Assembly: GCA_964188305.1 (NCBI GenBank)
Contig: OZ076889.1
Direction: 5' to 3' (one strand)
Source of the DNA: Podarcis bocagei
Lineage: Eukaryota
Length of the DNA: 64,000 bases
The position numbers were made by a program, and so were the translations under genes. Below, one piece after another: positions 48,217-62,784 of the stretch. Within the stretch, counting starts at the first letter, position 1. Every line of letters starts with the position of its first letter. Under the pieces are notes generated by a model, which did no database searches, was not told where the DNA came from, and saw nothing but the letters and a program-made list of their open reading frames with translations.

Positions 48217-51200
48217 TAGTAATATTAGGTGCATGGAGCAGCTCACTGCCACAGCCACCCCCTGCCAACTAGTTAACTAGTGGGGGGCACTGTGGGCAAC
48301 TCCACAACACATACACCCCGCCCCGCAAAATGGAGTCAGGCCTAGCACAAGGTATTTCCAATCACACATGACAGGGAGTCGGAATGAAAGCTGCCTTGAT
48401 AAAATTAGGTATATCGTCTTTGGCATTGGGCAGGGAGTGTCTGGCTGAGAGATTCAAAGAGCTCTTATGCCAGGCTGATCAGCTATCTCACTCTGAGACT
48501 TCAAGGACAGTACCTTATTGATGTTGAGAGTTATCCTCATTTCTATATTTATGAACTATGAAGTCCTCTGCACACACCTTCTAAGATGACTGTATACTTT
48601 AGAGATGGGCAGTGAATCAATGAGACACTTGGATTCCACTGAGCCATCCTTTCAGCTCCAATGAGCACTTTGTATGCATTGCTAAGGGAAAAGCTGAACA
48701 TTTTCCAGCCTGTCCGGTAGAGACATCTTCCAGAAATGATGACATGCCATCTCTCTTTCCCCACGTTTCTCTCCAAATTAGGCATGACATATTGCTGAAT
48801 GTATGTTTCCCCTGCAATACGAAAAACCATTTTGGGAAGTGGTAAATTTAAGTGGAGAAATGGGGGCGGTATAGGGGGTTGCTTAACCCATCCTTGTCAT
48901 GTTTTCCCCACTCAAAATAGCATTCTCTAAGCAGTTTGTTTCTCTTCCCATGATCTCCACATCTAGAGGAAAGGTATATGATCTGTCAAGCGTTCAAATA
49001 AAAGCATGACATCCATGCAGGGTTTTTTTCCTGTTTGATGGGGGGGGGAATAAATTTAGCTCATGCTTCCTCTCCCAAATAACTGAACTGCAGAATTTGT
49101 TTTGAAAGGGCTCCGTATTTCAAGAGAGGTGATGGCAGCATGGCAATCACAGCATTCAGTGCAAACAATTCCTCTGCACCAGGTCCTTTGCCAGTCTGCT
49201 AGATGGCAACAGGGAAAACACTGGCATACAGCAACTATGATTCTCTACAGTAACTGTCGGACCAATCAAACTGTGTTTGATCCAATCATGGAAGGCCTTG
49301 TGATCAAATTATGGTCTCTCCTAATAAAGGAGGAGATTCTCACTAATACCTTCTCTCCCTATTGTACCCCCACAAATCTGCTGGGGGTGTGGGGACCCTT
49401 GAGGGGCAGAGTGGGAAGTGGCATAGGCGGGACCTGTTAAAATTGCCTCCCTACTTTTGTTAGCAGGTGCTAAGGGGATCAAAATGCTAATTATAGAGAA
49501 AATGGCTAGAGTTGCAGTACCTTAGTTTGCAGCTCTGCGGAGTGACTGACAATACAGCCGATTTAATCAGAAACACCGGTTCAACTGCATTTCCATTCCA
49601 GATAAAAGTAGCATACTGTGATGAGTATCATTCAACTTGGCTTGCTGAATGCTCAAGTAATGACAAAATAATTACTGAGATTACAGTGTTGCTGCACTTC
49701 AGAGTGAAGTCTCCCACTGTCATTCCCTCATCACTCGTAACCACCCTAGTTTGCAAACAGTTACTCGGCTGATATTTCAATTTGGACATTCTGTCAAATA
49801 TGTCATAGATATTCTTCATGTTACTCATCATTCCACTGTTAGATTACTCTTGTTATTTTCAGGCAAAGAAGGGGAAACATTTATATTGTTGTGGGTTTTT
49901 AAAAGCATTTTGTTCTTAAGCTCTTACAGATTTGTCGGTCCTTCATGCCAAAGTGTCTTTCAAGATCTAACACAGAGTAACAGCAGGAGCTTAAAACAAG
50001 GTTCAAATCCCATAACGATAGTGCAATTAACAACCACATGTGGTTTAGTACTGCAATCTAAACATGGAGCTTTTAAAAGGACTTCCAAACTCTTAAGGGG
50101 CTAAAATATGAACCATTCCATGGAACTGTATAAAATTGGTCTTTCTCCACCCCCCATCTCTTTTATTTTTGTAAGTTTCATAAAGTAACATTTCTATTTG
50201 TGTTAAGCGAAGTCCTGGCAGCAGCAGCAGAGTTGACATCCCCCCCCCCCGCACCCCAAACGATTTCAGCATTCCTTCAGTTTGTCAGATTTAAATCAAA
50301 TCTGTGGCAGCTAATTTCCAATGAAGAATTTCCCAAACACCCTGTCGGTTTAAATGATCACTGTTAAATGTTTTATGTGGAATAAAATGTAGAAGTATAA
50401 CAGTTAATAAAGGAATCAACTGTGTTCCAAACATAACATTCAGTTACAATTTTGCTTTGAATGTGACACAGAAAAGCTGTAGTTAACCACATCACAAAGT
50501 ATGCTCGTTGCCTCTATTTCCCTCAAGCCACAACCCAAAAATCTAAAGCACTTTTTAAACGAATGATGTAATGAGGAAATTATTGGAATATGCCTATTAA
50601 ATGCCAATTCGTTCATGTCATTCCATTTAAATGTATGAGCACAAATAAGTCAAACTCGTCAAATTACATAAAATCTCTATGAAAAGACATCATGTAAGAT
50701 ATATAAATAGCTGTGCTATTTCATTTGGTTGCCAAATTCCTTCAACGCATAACAATTTCCATCTGATCCTACTTTAGCTGAAGTCAAAAATTCTGCTGGG
50801 TTTTTGTTTTCATCCATTGTCCATGCATTCTCATCCATAATGCGTCCAAATAGGATTTCTTTGAGACTTCTATTACCCAGAGGAAGGAGAAGTATAAATA
50901 TGCCTTTTACTCTCGTGAGCAAAGATTTTACATTTGGTTGACAGTTGTTATATTTTCATTTTTAGAGTTAAAAAAATTGAGCACATGCTACTACTTTACT
51001 AATTTAAAACACTCATTATAAGAAAATAACTTATTTTTAAGGATATTAATGACATTTACTTGGCCTGAAATTAAGGTAATATTTTGGTGTTTGGCTAAAA
51101 TAATTGCTTTTTAAAACCTCTATGACACAGAACAATGAAAAAGCAACACTTCCCTCCAACAGGATGTGTGATTTTCTTATAGAATAAACTTATTACAATA

Positions 51201-53169
51201 GTTCAACAGTTATTCTGTATGTTTGTTTCTGCTTTACTCTTAAGCAGCTAAACCCTTGTGGTTTCATAGTTACTTAGCTTATTACTGTAATGTGGTTATA
51301 TGTTATTATCAGCTATCATAAATCAGCTATTGTGCTTCAGTGGCATTAATATTTTTAAATTTAATAACCTGTTCAGCTTCTGATCAAGTCAGCTTTTATG
51401 TAGGGACAAATAATGTATTGCAACAAGCTCCATTTCATGTTTTTTGTTGTCCACTGGAACCTTAATTGATTATGCTGCTTATGAAAGATTTGCTATGTTC
51501 ATATCCGCAAGGAAAAAAATGTTCTCCTTGTCATGGTTGCATGCAACAAGAACATGCAAAAATCAAATAAAAACATGAAAGATATGCAAGATTTTAAAAA
51601 ATGAGAAAGGGTCTGGAAGTCTCCAGTTTGAATCCACTTTGTATTGCAAATTGTATTATTTGGATTCTGGACTGGATAAGTTACCGAATTCTTAAGGAAC
51701 ATGTTTCAAATAAGAATAGGAGACTGTCCATAAGATATTATGGGGAAAATAACAACTGTAGGATTATGTTGGTAAAGAACGACGTTTTATTTTGTTTTTT
51801 AATGATAGATTGATTTTATAGTTGCTTAGAAGCCATTTTGACATATCTGATCCCAAAACTAAAGCATTTGCGATTAATATAAAAGATTATTTCGCTCATG
51901 CCCATCACCCTTAGAATCAGTGCTTGACAAATTAAATACAATGTGCATACTGGCTTTGATATCTGCAAATCAAACTATTTAAGGTTTAAAGATTTTGTGA
52001 GTCAGAACACCACGTTAACATATTCTGAGATTAAATAGATTGAAGACTAAATAGAAAAATCCAACTTGCTTTGAATACTTATAGATGAGATCATTTCTGT
52101 AGGAATATCTTGGTGTGCATCAGCAAATAGGAGATTTAATGGAGTTTTGAGTAATTAATTATTGAGAACAGCAGTCATACACATTCAAAAATCCATAAAC
52201 TAAAATTGACGTATGACACAGAATCAGAACACATTACAGAATACAGGGTTTATTTGCCCAAGAATATAGGTAAAAATACCCCAATGGATGTCTGATAAAA
52301 ATTATGGAACAGTGCACATACATTTTCTTTAAACATGGCCCATAAGGGACAGCTGCTATAAAATTATGCCATTATGTAATGTATAGATAGTACATTACTC
52401 CACAGCTGAGAAATAACTACATAAAAACTACTTGCCAATATATGCTAGAAGTGCCAAGAAATAAGAGGATTTTTACCAAATGTAGTGGGAATGTAAAGAC
52501 ACAGATTTTTTTTTTGGGGGGGGGGTTCCTGAACTCTTAGATATAACTGTAGATTTAACCTTAAGATATAAAATTCAACTAAACCCTGTGTTCTTTTTCT
52601 TGAAATATGTGCATGATCTAGTAAAGTATGATTATATGATAACTGCTGCTAGGATAATGTTGGGTTTCCATGATATAACCTAAAGAATGGACAGAAAAAT
52701 TGTGCAAATTTGCCTCAGTGGTTAAATTGAAACACTATATCAGATTTAAAGAAAAATATGAAATTGGTTGCATCCACTTCTGCAACCATACTTCCTCTTT
52801 CCCGTGTGCCCCCAAATTCTGCTCCAGAGGGTCTCCCAAACCATCAGGATTAGATTTTGAGGGCACACAGAGGGCTGCAGGGGAGAGGGAGAGCTTCATT
52901 GTGCAAGTTGGTGTCTGATGCATGAGTGGGCCAGGTCACAACCCAGTGACAACTTACATTCATAACATAGAACCCTTTTGTTGACTATAGCAGGAGAAAT
53001 GAGTTGTTTCCAGATATAAAACATGGTTTTGCAATGTTTTGGGTATACTTATGGTAACTATAAGATGTTTTATGTTATACAGTGTATTTTGTTTGTAGTT
53101 GTGCTAAGTAGTGTAAAATTACACTTTATTTCCATTTTTTTTAAAGCAAAGATAACTTTAACAATAAAG

Positions 53170-53170
<1 letters not shown>

Positions 53171-53233
<63 letters not shown>
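53171..53233. repeat. (TAT)n microsatellite
   Basis: Directly visible, ~21 units. Confidence 0.95.
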
Positions 53234-53234
<1 letters not shown>

Positions 53235-54909
53235 TAGGTTTGCTTATAAGCCTAGTTTCAAGACTTGTGGGTTTTGGCTTAAACTACTCTAGATGTTTAT
53301 GTTTATCCTTTGTTGATGATAAACTGTTAATGTTTACTATCATTTTTTATTTGATACTGTCATTTGCTGATGCTGGTTTGCTGGTTTGTGGCCTTGCTTG
53401 AGCCACAAAGACCTGAACTAGTCCAAAAAATACTAAACTCAGGAAATTTCCGCAGCCAACTGAGCTTGAGCATTATATATCTTGTGTAAGACCACATGAC
53501 TGCTAGTACCCCTGCTTGCACCCAAATCAAATGGGCAATGGTGGGGACAGGTATTATAATTGGAAATGGGCTCAGATGGAGTGGGGATTTCCCCTGTGTG
53601 TTGCTCTTTTGTGCTAGCTTATACACAGGACATATTCTTTCCCAAAGTCTAGGCAGTTGTCACCTGTAGTACTAAGGCCAACAAACATAAAAATAATTTC
53701 ACATTGGATGTCCACATTTTCAAAAGAGCTCTGTCTTGTTGAAAGGGCACCTTCCATTGAAATACATGGAAATTTGGCAGCACTAAACAGAACACACTAT
53801 CACAATTTCCACATCTGTATTTAAGCTCCTACTTCATTTGTACACTTCAAAACCTATACAAAGCACTTGGTTGACACTGCATTAGCTTGTCAGGGGTGGC
53901 TGCTTCTACCAGTCATAAATACGGTAGTTATCATTGATCACAGATTACAGCCCATCCCATTATGCCACTGTTAATTATAGCGTTCCTCTTTCATACTGCA
54001 GAAGATGAAGTGCTTTCAATGCAGAATAAATGTGGTACCGTTGCCATTTGCTGCCTTAATGTAAGTAAGCACTGTAACCAATCAAACAATGCAGAGCATC
54101 AATGAAAATATTAGCAGACCTTCCAGACATAACTAAACATTATGAGGAACATTTAGCTGCTGACAAGAATAGCAGCCTCAAACCCTTCTTGTCTATAATG
54201 GGTTGTACTAATGTCACCGTACTGAACATGTTCCTACTATTTCTATTCCACTTCATAGCATAAGTCATAGCACCATGATGTCAGGACAAGCAGCATGGTG
54301 CACTATCCCCTTTTTGGTCAGCTCTTTAAATGAATCTGCACACACATTTGGCATTTCTTGTACACACTGTGCATCAACACACGCACACACATATGCATGA
54401 ACATAGTATAGAATTACCTTGTGGTCCCTGCTGTGCAGACTGGTTTTGAAATTGCGTATATGTTTTATTTGCTGAGAAGTGCTGCCCACTTGGAGATTGG
54501 CTGTGTGATGATGGGGAGTTGTGTTTCGGAAGCAGGGGAGGAGCAACTATGGTTTTCAATGGACTAACGAGACGAGGATGAATATTTGGAACAATCCTAG
54601 AACAAGAAGGAAGAGCGAGAGAGATGATAAACTTGACCCCATATCATTGAGTGCATGAAACACTTGAGTAAGTGTAGCTTTAGTGTGTGTGTGAGAGTGA
54701 TTTTTACTTACAATTCATGTAAGTTAAAAATACAGTAATAATAACTACAAATTTGTCTGTGAGACATGACAGCAACAACAAAAATAGCTTAACAGAAATA
54801 TACTTTTAAAAACCAAGGTGGAATCTACACACATATTAAAAAAAATGCTGTGAAAATGCTTTTTTTAAAAAGTTTTGAAAAATATATTGAATTAGCAGTA
54901 GCTCACCAT

Positions 54910-54939
54910 CGCCATCTAGTGTCAAATTTGTATATTGCA
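54910..54939 (-). promoter_or_regulatory. Candidate CTCF site with upstream motif
   Basis: The minus strand reads TGCAATatacaaatttGACACTAGATGGCG: a core motif plus a TGCA upstream module at roughly the expected spacing. Confidence 0.45.
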
Positions 54940-55164
54940 CTTTACAACACACTTAAAATGTTTTGTTTGCAGCTGTATAGCTGAGTCCCAAATCTCTAAT
55001 CACTTGCAAAAGTTTTACTGTCAAGAGTTACAGAGTACATTGCATCTACTTCTCATAGCATAGGAGCACTTCATCCTTTTAGAATGCATTGAGCTTTTAA
55101 TTGATCAAAAATGCCTGAGCTGGTTTGTTTTCTAGTTGCAAGAGCTGAGCTTCCTTCTTTGCAC

Positions 55165-55205
<41 letters not shown>

Positions 55206-55598
55206 TTATTATTTATACCCCGCCCATCTGGCTGGGTTTCCCCAGCCACTCTGGGCGGCTTCCAAAAGAATATTAAAATACTATGATACATCAAACATTA
55301 AAAGCTTCCCTAAACAGGGCTGCCTTCAGATGTCTTCTAAAAGTCTGGTAGTTGTTGTTCTCTTTGACATCTGGTGGGAGGGCGTTCCACAGGGAGGGCG
55401 CCACTACCGAGAAGGCCCTCTGCCTGGTTCCCTGTAACTTGGCTTCTCGCAGTGAGGGAACCGCCAGAAGGCCCTCGGTGCTGGACCTCAGTGTCCGGGT
55501 AGAACGATGGAGGTGGAGACGCTCCTTCAGGTATACTGGACCGAGGCCGTTTAGGGCTTTAAAGGTCAGCACCAACACTTTGAATTGTGCTCGGAAAC
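55165..55598 (-). mobile_element. L2-family LINE 3' fragment (young) with (TTA)n tail
   Basis: ORF 55291-55578 reads LVLTFKALNGLGPVYLKERL...RAFSVVAPSLWNALP...FRRHLKAALF, the L2 ORF2 C-terminus. Confidence 0.92.
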
Positions 55599-57554
55599 AA
55601 CCCCAGTATTATTATTTGTCCCACCACTGGCTCAAAAGCAACTTATTAAAAACTTCAAAAGGCTGAGGGCTGCTTCCTATTGATGCATTTACTACAAAAG
55701 ATAATCATGCAGGTAACAAGTATTACACAGTCATGTTTGAAATAAAGCAGGTGTGCTTATTAATTCATGAGCAAGTTCACTGAATGGTACCTGTCTCCAC
55801 TGCTGAGCTTTCAAGCACATTGCCAAATATAGGACAGCAACAAAGCAGAAGGGAGACCACATACGATCCAATCAGAAGCCACAGTGAACCTAGCCTGGCT
55901 TGGATTGTTGTAGAAGATCACAGTAGTCAGCAAGAATGTTTGAAGATTTGAAGAGTCCAGAGATTTGCATAATGAATGAAGGTTCTAACTGAGAAACCTA
56001 TCACCATTCATTATCCTGTAAAGGCTCTCCTCATAGGGCCATAAAGTGTCCTAACAATGTGAAGATTTATGACACTGATGCCTTAGGCATCCCCATGTAC
56101 CTCAGGGTGGAGACAACTGGCGAAAGAACTTGTGGAAAGTACTTTTGATCATGTTTCAGTTAGCTACTTGAAACCATAGGGCAAAATCCACCATGCAATC
56201 CATGCTCTGTTGAAAACCTTATTCATTTTGTTAGGAATTGTGTGTGAAAGAGTAGCATTTAAGTGAAACCCTTCCCAGAATTTGTCTGATTTGAATGGCA
56301 CGGGCAGAGCAGAAGAGTGAGGCATCTGTGTTAGATTTATATAAGCAATGTGTAAACCAAGAATAATATGTTACACGTTTTGCCAGCCATATGGATGCAA
56401 GTACAGTATGGCATTTATTCTACAGATTATGTGTTTTCTTTGCTTCCGTCCTTGTAGGTCAAACTCACGGGCAGATCGGCTGCCTAATTATTTGATATTG
56501 CTAGTGTTGTCTCATATACCTTTTGCAGGGAAAGTTACCCCTGATTCCACTCAGGTGTTCTGATAATTTAAAGGCTTTCAGTGTTCTATGCAGGGAGTCA
56601 CTATAGCACAGAGATATGTGAGTGGATGCAATACTTCATTAAGGGTGTTCCACCCAAAATTTAGGCAGGAGACACCTCCAACTAGACCTTCTGTGCCTGA
56701 CACAATATGCTCTGAAGTGGGAAAAGAAAGGTATTGTGGTGGATACATTAGGGATTCTTTGGAGCATTCTACAAATGGATTTTAAAAGACCATACAGTAC
56801 ACAAACTATTCAGCTGAAAACTCTTCTAATACTTTACAGCAGGGAACACAATCCTAACTCTGATTACGGTAACTGTACAACACACATTTTTAGTTACATG
56901 TCTGACACATTTAGGTGTACCTGTAAAAATATGTTAGGTGTTCCATACACTGAAAGATTGTAAGGACCCTGATCCAGGTGCTGCCATGGACAATAAATCC
57001 ATATGAGGTACAGCACAACAAATCAAGTGAAATAACGGATGGTGCTGGATATGAATCACCACCATCATTAAACAGCACACTGTATCAGTCCAATATGCCT
57101 TGGATAAGCACTGTCATGCAGATGAGGGGACACATTTGTCTCAGCAAGGTCTGTGGATGTCTAGAGCAGGATGTGTGAAATGGCAATGGTCATCCAATTC
57201 CAACTGAAGTTTACAGCACAATCCTACGCATATCTAATCAGACGTAGGCTGGCTGCACTGAGTCGGAACACAGTATGCCTCTAATACCAACATAAGTGTG
57301 AAAGCATATATTGCTTCAAGTTTCCCAATAGGCATTGGGTTGTCCAATTTGAAGAGAGGCTGCTGAATCAGATTGTCTGATCCAGCAAGGTTCTTCTTAC
57401 ATCTTTTGGAAGGTAGGTATAGACAAACTTTATACGTACATCTTCTGCTTGATAACTGGTCTGACCCAGGTTCTCAGAGTCATCTTCAGCCATTCCTAGC
57501 TTTAAAAAACAAGAATTTGTTTTTTTAATGGTTTTGTTGTTTTCATTTGTGTAT

Positions 57555-57690
57555 AAGACTCCTGGCTGAAACCCTGGAGTGCTACTTCCAGTCATTGTAG
57601 GCTGTACTGAGCTAGGTGGACCAATGGTCTGGCTCGGATTAAGGCAGTTTCCTGTGTTCCAATGCCCTGCATTGAGAAGAGGCAATGTAC
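57555..57690 (+). mobile_element. Decayed squamate SINE body
   Basis: ctgaaaccctggag...ccagtcattgtaggctgtactgagctaggtggaccaatggtctggctcgg is related to the SINE at 12620. Confidence 0.5.
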
Positions 57691-57821
57691 GTATTTGTAA
57701 TAAATAATGTCTCAGATTTTATTTTACTTTTAAAATCTTCCCGGTAAATGGGTTTACAGAATAAACTATTCCAAAGCCATTAAATACTAAAATGATGAAA
57801 AGGTAAGCCTTTTATCGCTCT

Positions 57822-57896
57822 AAAAAGGTAAAGGTAAAGGAACCCTGACAGTCCAGTCACAGACCACTCTGGGGTTGCGGCACTCATCTTGCTTTA
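57822..57896 (-). mobile_element. Sauria SINE 3' fragment
   Basis: The (ACCTTT)n tail appears as aaaggtaaaggtaaagg, followed by gtccagtcacagaccactctggggttgcggcactcatct. Confidence 0.75.
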
Positions 57897-60429
57897 TAGT
57901 TAGTTAATCTTATTTAATGTATTCCTGACAACAGAAAATACAGTACAGCATGTGTAATTGGTAACTACTTTAAGAGAATATAAAACTGAAACTCAAGAGA
58001 AATCCACTTCTCTTTTACTTATACTTGGGGTAAAATACGACCACAACAGAGACAGGGATGTTTCCAATATGAACAGCCTCACTTTGTTGTTGTTTTGGAA
58101 GGACAGCTTTGACTGTCAAATTCCTCTGCTAAACAATGGATCCCAATATTTCTTCCATCCATCTCAGCAGGAAGAAGATCAGATCCAGAGTTCAGTCCAT
58201 CTGTACTTTATCTCAAATAAATTCCAATATGTTTTGTGATGTGGTGCTTGTCTGTACTTCAAACCATTTATCAAGTACTGTCAAATAGCATATAATAAAT
58301 GTTGACATGGAGGGTGATTATTCATTGAATGCTAACACAAAGAAATGCAAAAGTATAGTAAAACCTCAGAGACTAAGGGCCGATTCATACATTATAACTT
58401 ACCATTTGCTGGCATGTCAGCCACTCACATCAGTGGTCTACATGACAGTATAAACAGTGTACTCTGAGAGGTGCACAAGGTGGACCAGGAGGTGCCACAT
58501 TAATTTTGTGTGTGTGTGAGAGAGAAAGTTTAGGGTAAATGTCAGAAACTTGTCGAATGTTTATGTTTAACTGTAATACTTAAGATTTTAGGATGCCAAA
58601 GGGAAATATCAAAATTTGTAAAAACTACAGACCATTTTTTGATAACCAGCCAAGGGGAAACTTTAAGGACTCTTTTACAGAACTACTCATCTTGGTATAA
58701 GCATCCGTTAATTGGTTTGTGCCTCAAATTTGTTTATGCAGTCATGAAGTATAGGCAAGATTGAATGAAGCAGAATGGAATTCAGGGGGGGAAATCAAGA
58801 ACTGTTTCCCCGACTTGAATGTTACTGACATAGTTGTCCATAAGAAATTGTAAGCACTGCAATATGGTATTTTCCCAGAGTTCACAATTCAGAGCGAACT
58901 GGTGTGATCTACAGTTGTCCTAAATTACTGTGCAAGGAGGTGTGGCAAAAGCATGATAGGATTCCTTGATTATGTAAACAAGCACCGTCCCAAATTGTTA
59001 GTTCAGGGTAGGAGCCATAAATTAGACACCTCAGAACGTATATATTCCATGACTGTGTAAACTAGCTTTAAGTAAAATAGTACTATACCAGTAAACTATA
59101 ACAAATAAACGCAAAATGCCTCATTTATAAAAACTGCACTCTAATCACTCAAATTATATATATAAAAAAACCTCTCAAGTCAGTTACAGGATCAAAAGAC
59201 CAAAGCAAAATGAAAAGAAAGAGAAAAGGTTAACATCGATTTTCATCTCTTCCAATAATATTAAAAATGATGTGCAAAGCTCTACTAATCTGGTTTCTGG
59301 ACGATGCCCAGTTTCTTGCCACGTGTTTCTTTTCTGGGCCCTACCCTTGGGGAATTTCTGTCAACACAAGCTCAGGAAATAGTTAAACCGTTCAGTTTTT
59401 AGGGGGGGGGGGCCTCTATCTGAAGTTTGGTGAACTTTGCTACTAATCAGTCCCAGGTGCCTTTGCCTTATTTTACAGAATATGCAGGATTCCTTCAACA
59501 GCACAATACTAAATCAGTCATTGTAGTTTACTCTCCCAAAGAACTGTTCTATTTTATAGTTTTACATTAATGTGCAAGCATGCAGCAATAAGCTTACTCT
59601 TGGATACTTGTATGCTCTACTACATTATATTGGAACTCAACAGAAACTCAGCAATATGCTTCTATCCTCTCCGTGAACAATGACTGCTCGGCTCAAGGGC
59701 TAGCAAAGGCAGCAATCGCTACCAAGATCAGAATAACCAGGAATTCTTCTGTCATTCAACTTCAACAGGGTATTTTTGACTCCCATGTAGTTTAGCACAG
59801 ATACACCGGCCACTTGAATTTGCAACAAAACAAATGGGTCACAGTGCACAAAATATCAACATGGATTGACATGCAGAAGTTAACCAAATTTGAAATAAAA
59901 CTCAAAACTAGTCTGACAAGTTTATCTTTTAAAGGGGGGGGGAGGTTTTCAAGTAGAAGGAGGAACAGAAACAGTTCTACATCTTTCACACATGAATGCA
60001 ACTTAAAAGAAGGTGCTGAGTGCTACCAAAGTTATACTTTTCAACAGTTTCCTTTTACTTTATTATTACAAAAAAGTGGGACACTTCAATTTTAGCAATA
60101 TTGAATGTTGTCAATATTTGTTGCCAGAACTGCATGTTGTCTGTAGGGAAAACTCTGCACCAACATAACCTAAATTCTGCCCTAAAAGCAAAATTCTGCA
60201 CCCAATAAAAATTAAACAAGTAGTTTATTTTGCACAAGGACAGGCCTTTATATGCAGGAAATTTCACTATGGCTATAATTTTATGGGGGGAGGGCAGCGG
60301 TGGAACCCAGAAGGGCAACCACAGAATGTGAAAAAGTCATTGTGGTGTAGTTGAACATTGAAGTTCACAGGGTAACACTGGGCCAGTCACTATCTCAGTC
60401 TAGCTTATAGCAGCACTCATTACCCCAGA

Positions 60430-60566
60430 GGTGAGGCTCTGTCTCTGAAGGTCTTCAAGCAAAGGGTGGACAACCATCTTTTGAGGATGCTTCTCACTCT
60501 GGATTTCCTGCATTAATTGGGGGGGTTGGGTTAGATGGCTGCAAGGCCCCCTTCAACTCTGTGGTT
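60430..60566 (+). mobile_element. Old CR1 3' fragment
   Basis: gaaggtcttcaagcaaagggtggacaaccatct...gatttcctgcatt...ggggttgggttagatgg...ccttcaactctgtggtt. Confidence 0.7.
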
Positions 60567-60927
60567 TCCCCCAAAAATATCCAGCATTGCTGTTCACTAT
60601 TGAGACTAGTCCTCTCCTACAACACTTTGCTCTCTTCCACACATCTGTGCCGAACGTAGAAATAACATTCCATGATAAAAAAATTTCCTGAATCCTCTTA
60701 TTAGAATCCAACTTTGAAACTAGAAGGTTTATCTCTCCGAAATGCCGCATAGTTGATGTGCACCAAAGCTCAATAAATATTTAACACTACACTAAATCAA
60801 ATTTGTGTACCTAAAAGTAGTATATGTGGTTTTTTCCACAAACCACTCTTACACTATCCACACAAACAAGAACCTTACAGTACAAAGCTGCTGCCAAACC
60901 TTTAGTAGAAGAATGCAGATTAATATA

Positions 60928-61160
60928 CAGTGGTACCTCTGGTTAAGAACTTAATTCGTTCTGGAGGTCCGTTCTTAACCAGAAACGGTTCTTAACCTGA
61001 GGTACCACTTTAGCTAACGGGGCCTGCTGCGCCGCCGCCACACAATTTCTATTCTCATCCTGAGGTAAAGTTCTTAACCCGAGGTACTACTTCCAGATTA
61101 GTGGAGTCTGTAACCTGAAGCGTTTGTAACCCGAAGTGTTTGTAACCTGAGGTACCACTG
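60928..61160. mobile_element. Tc1/mariner-type MITE, family A copy 5
   Basis: TA-CAGTGGTACCTCTGGTTA...TAACCTGAGGTACCACTG-TA. Confidence 0.9.
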
Positions 61161-62549
61161 TACTGTACTTAATATTCATAATATTCAATGGCTATCCCAC
61201 ATACAAGAGTGCAAAAATTCAAATGTCACCCACCAATTGAAAAATAGCACAATTATAGCCAAGATAACGTGGATATTTAACACAAGTTTTTTGTCCCCTA
61301 GAAAAAACCCAGTAGATTTGTCTTCCTTACTGGAATCACCTACATAAATTTGCTTTGCAGATGCCTTTTGAAACACACCCACTCTTTGGCAATGACACGC
61401 TATGACCTAGAATATCTGGATTGATATGCTAAAAGTTGGTATGTGGCGGGTTCCTTCCTTGCTAAAGATGTCTATCTAGCCCCTTTCCAACTCTTGTTAT
61501 TCTATGAAGAGTGTTCTATAAAAACAGTTCAACATATCTAGTCAAAATGAGCAAGCTGGGACCAGCATTGAGACCTGTGGGAGACATAACAGTTTGTGGA
61601 CACAAGATATACTTACTAGTACATACACACCACATTCTACACCACATATATAGCTGTAAACTTTTTTTTAGTGCAGACAACTCTTAAGTTGCAGTGTTGT
61701 TTTTCCATCTTCAGGCTGCCACAAATCAAATTTTACTATCTTCACAACTGGTGAAATTAAACAGAGCTTGTCATTATTTATGCTGAGTGTTGTAACTAAT
61801 GCTAAAATAACACTTCACTACCTGAAACATAAAAAAAACTGGATCATGACAAGGTCCACTTTCTATATGCCAAAATATTTCTAAATCAAACACTTCTCCT
61901 TTAATTAATATTAATATAAATTAGTATAAAATTACTTGATCCAGCATTCTGTACACTTCACACACTTCTTTATTGAAGAGAAAAAAATATTATACATCTC
62001 ATATGTAGCCAGGGTAAATATATTTGGTAATGAAGTCAGATTTTGTTAGAACATTTTCAAGTAAATTAAATAATTTTTGTCAAACTATTTAAATGTCTTA
62101 GCAAACCATTTGGGAAAACTGAGAGCTGCACTTGTTATTGACTTTGGCAAAGAATGGTATAACAAGGGCTTTTTTTTGTTTTAAAAAGGTTCTAAATCAA
62201 AATCTTAGTCTTTCTGTCAAACGTGAGTAGACTTCTTGTGCTCTGCTGCTTGTAGCTTTTGGCTTCTCCCATATTTGATGACTCAATCATTACGGTTTTT
62301 TGATAGCAATCATTTTGGTCCGTCCCAAAGACTTAAACCCAGGAATCCAACCTTGTCATCACATTGGTTCACAGTGTAGACATTCTGTACATGTACTTAA
62401 ACATGGAGGCTGAGATAGGTGATGAATGAGGCAAAACATTGCAGGCTTGCCAGAAGTGTATGGCAGCTTGCATAAAAAAGGATAGTGATGGGTTTTTATT
62501 TAATTTGTGCCATATTCATTTTTATCTGAGGGAACACAGGTGCATTACA

Positions 62550-62685
62550 GCAAGGCTGGGGAACTTGTGCCCTCCATATGTTGCACTCCAACTCCCATCA
62601 CCCACAGTTGTCATGGCCAATGGTGAAGGAGAATGGGAGTTGCAGTCCAGCAAGACATGGAGAGCCACATGTTCTTCATGTTCCC
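62550..62685. mobile_element. Small palindromic MITE (related decayed copies near 26545-26690 and 40575-40680)
   Basis: ggggaacttgtgccctcca...caactcccatc / tgggagttgcagtcca...tggagagccacatgttc inverted structure. Confidence 0.55.
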
Positions 62686-62784
62686 TTCTCTACAATTAAC
62701 TGACAAAAGTGTAAAATTTCAGTAGCCAAATTGCACTGAATGTGTATTATTTTGTTGATAAGCCAGCAAACAAGGCCAATTGTG

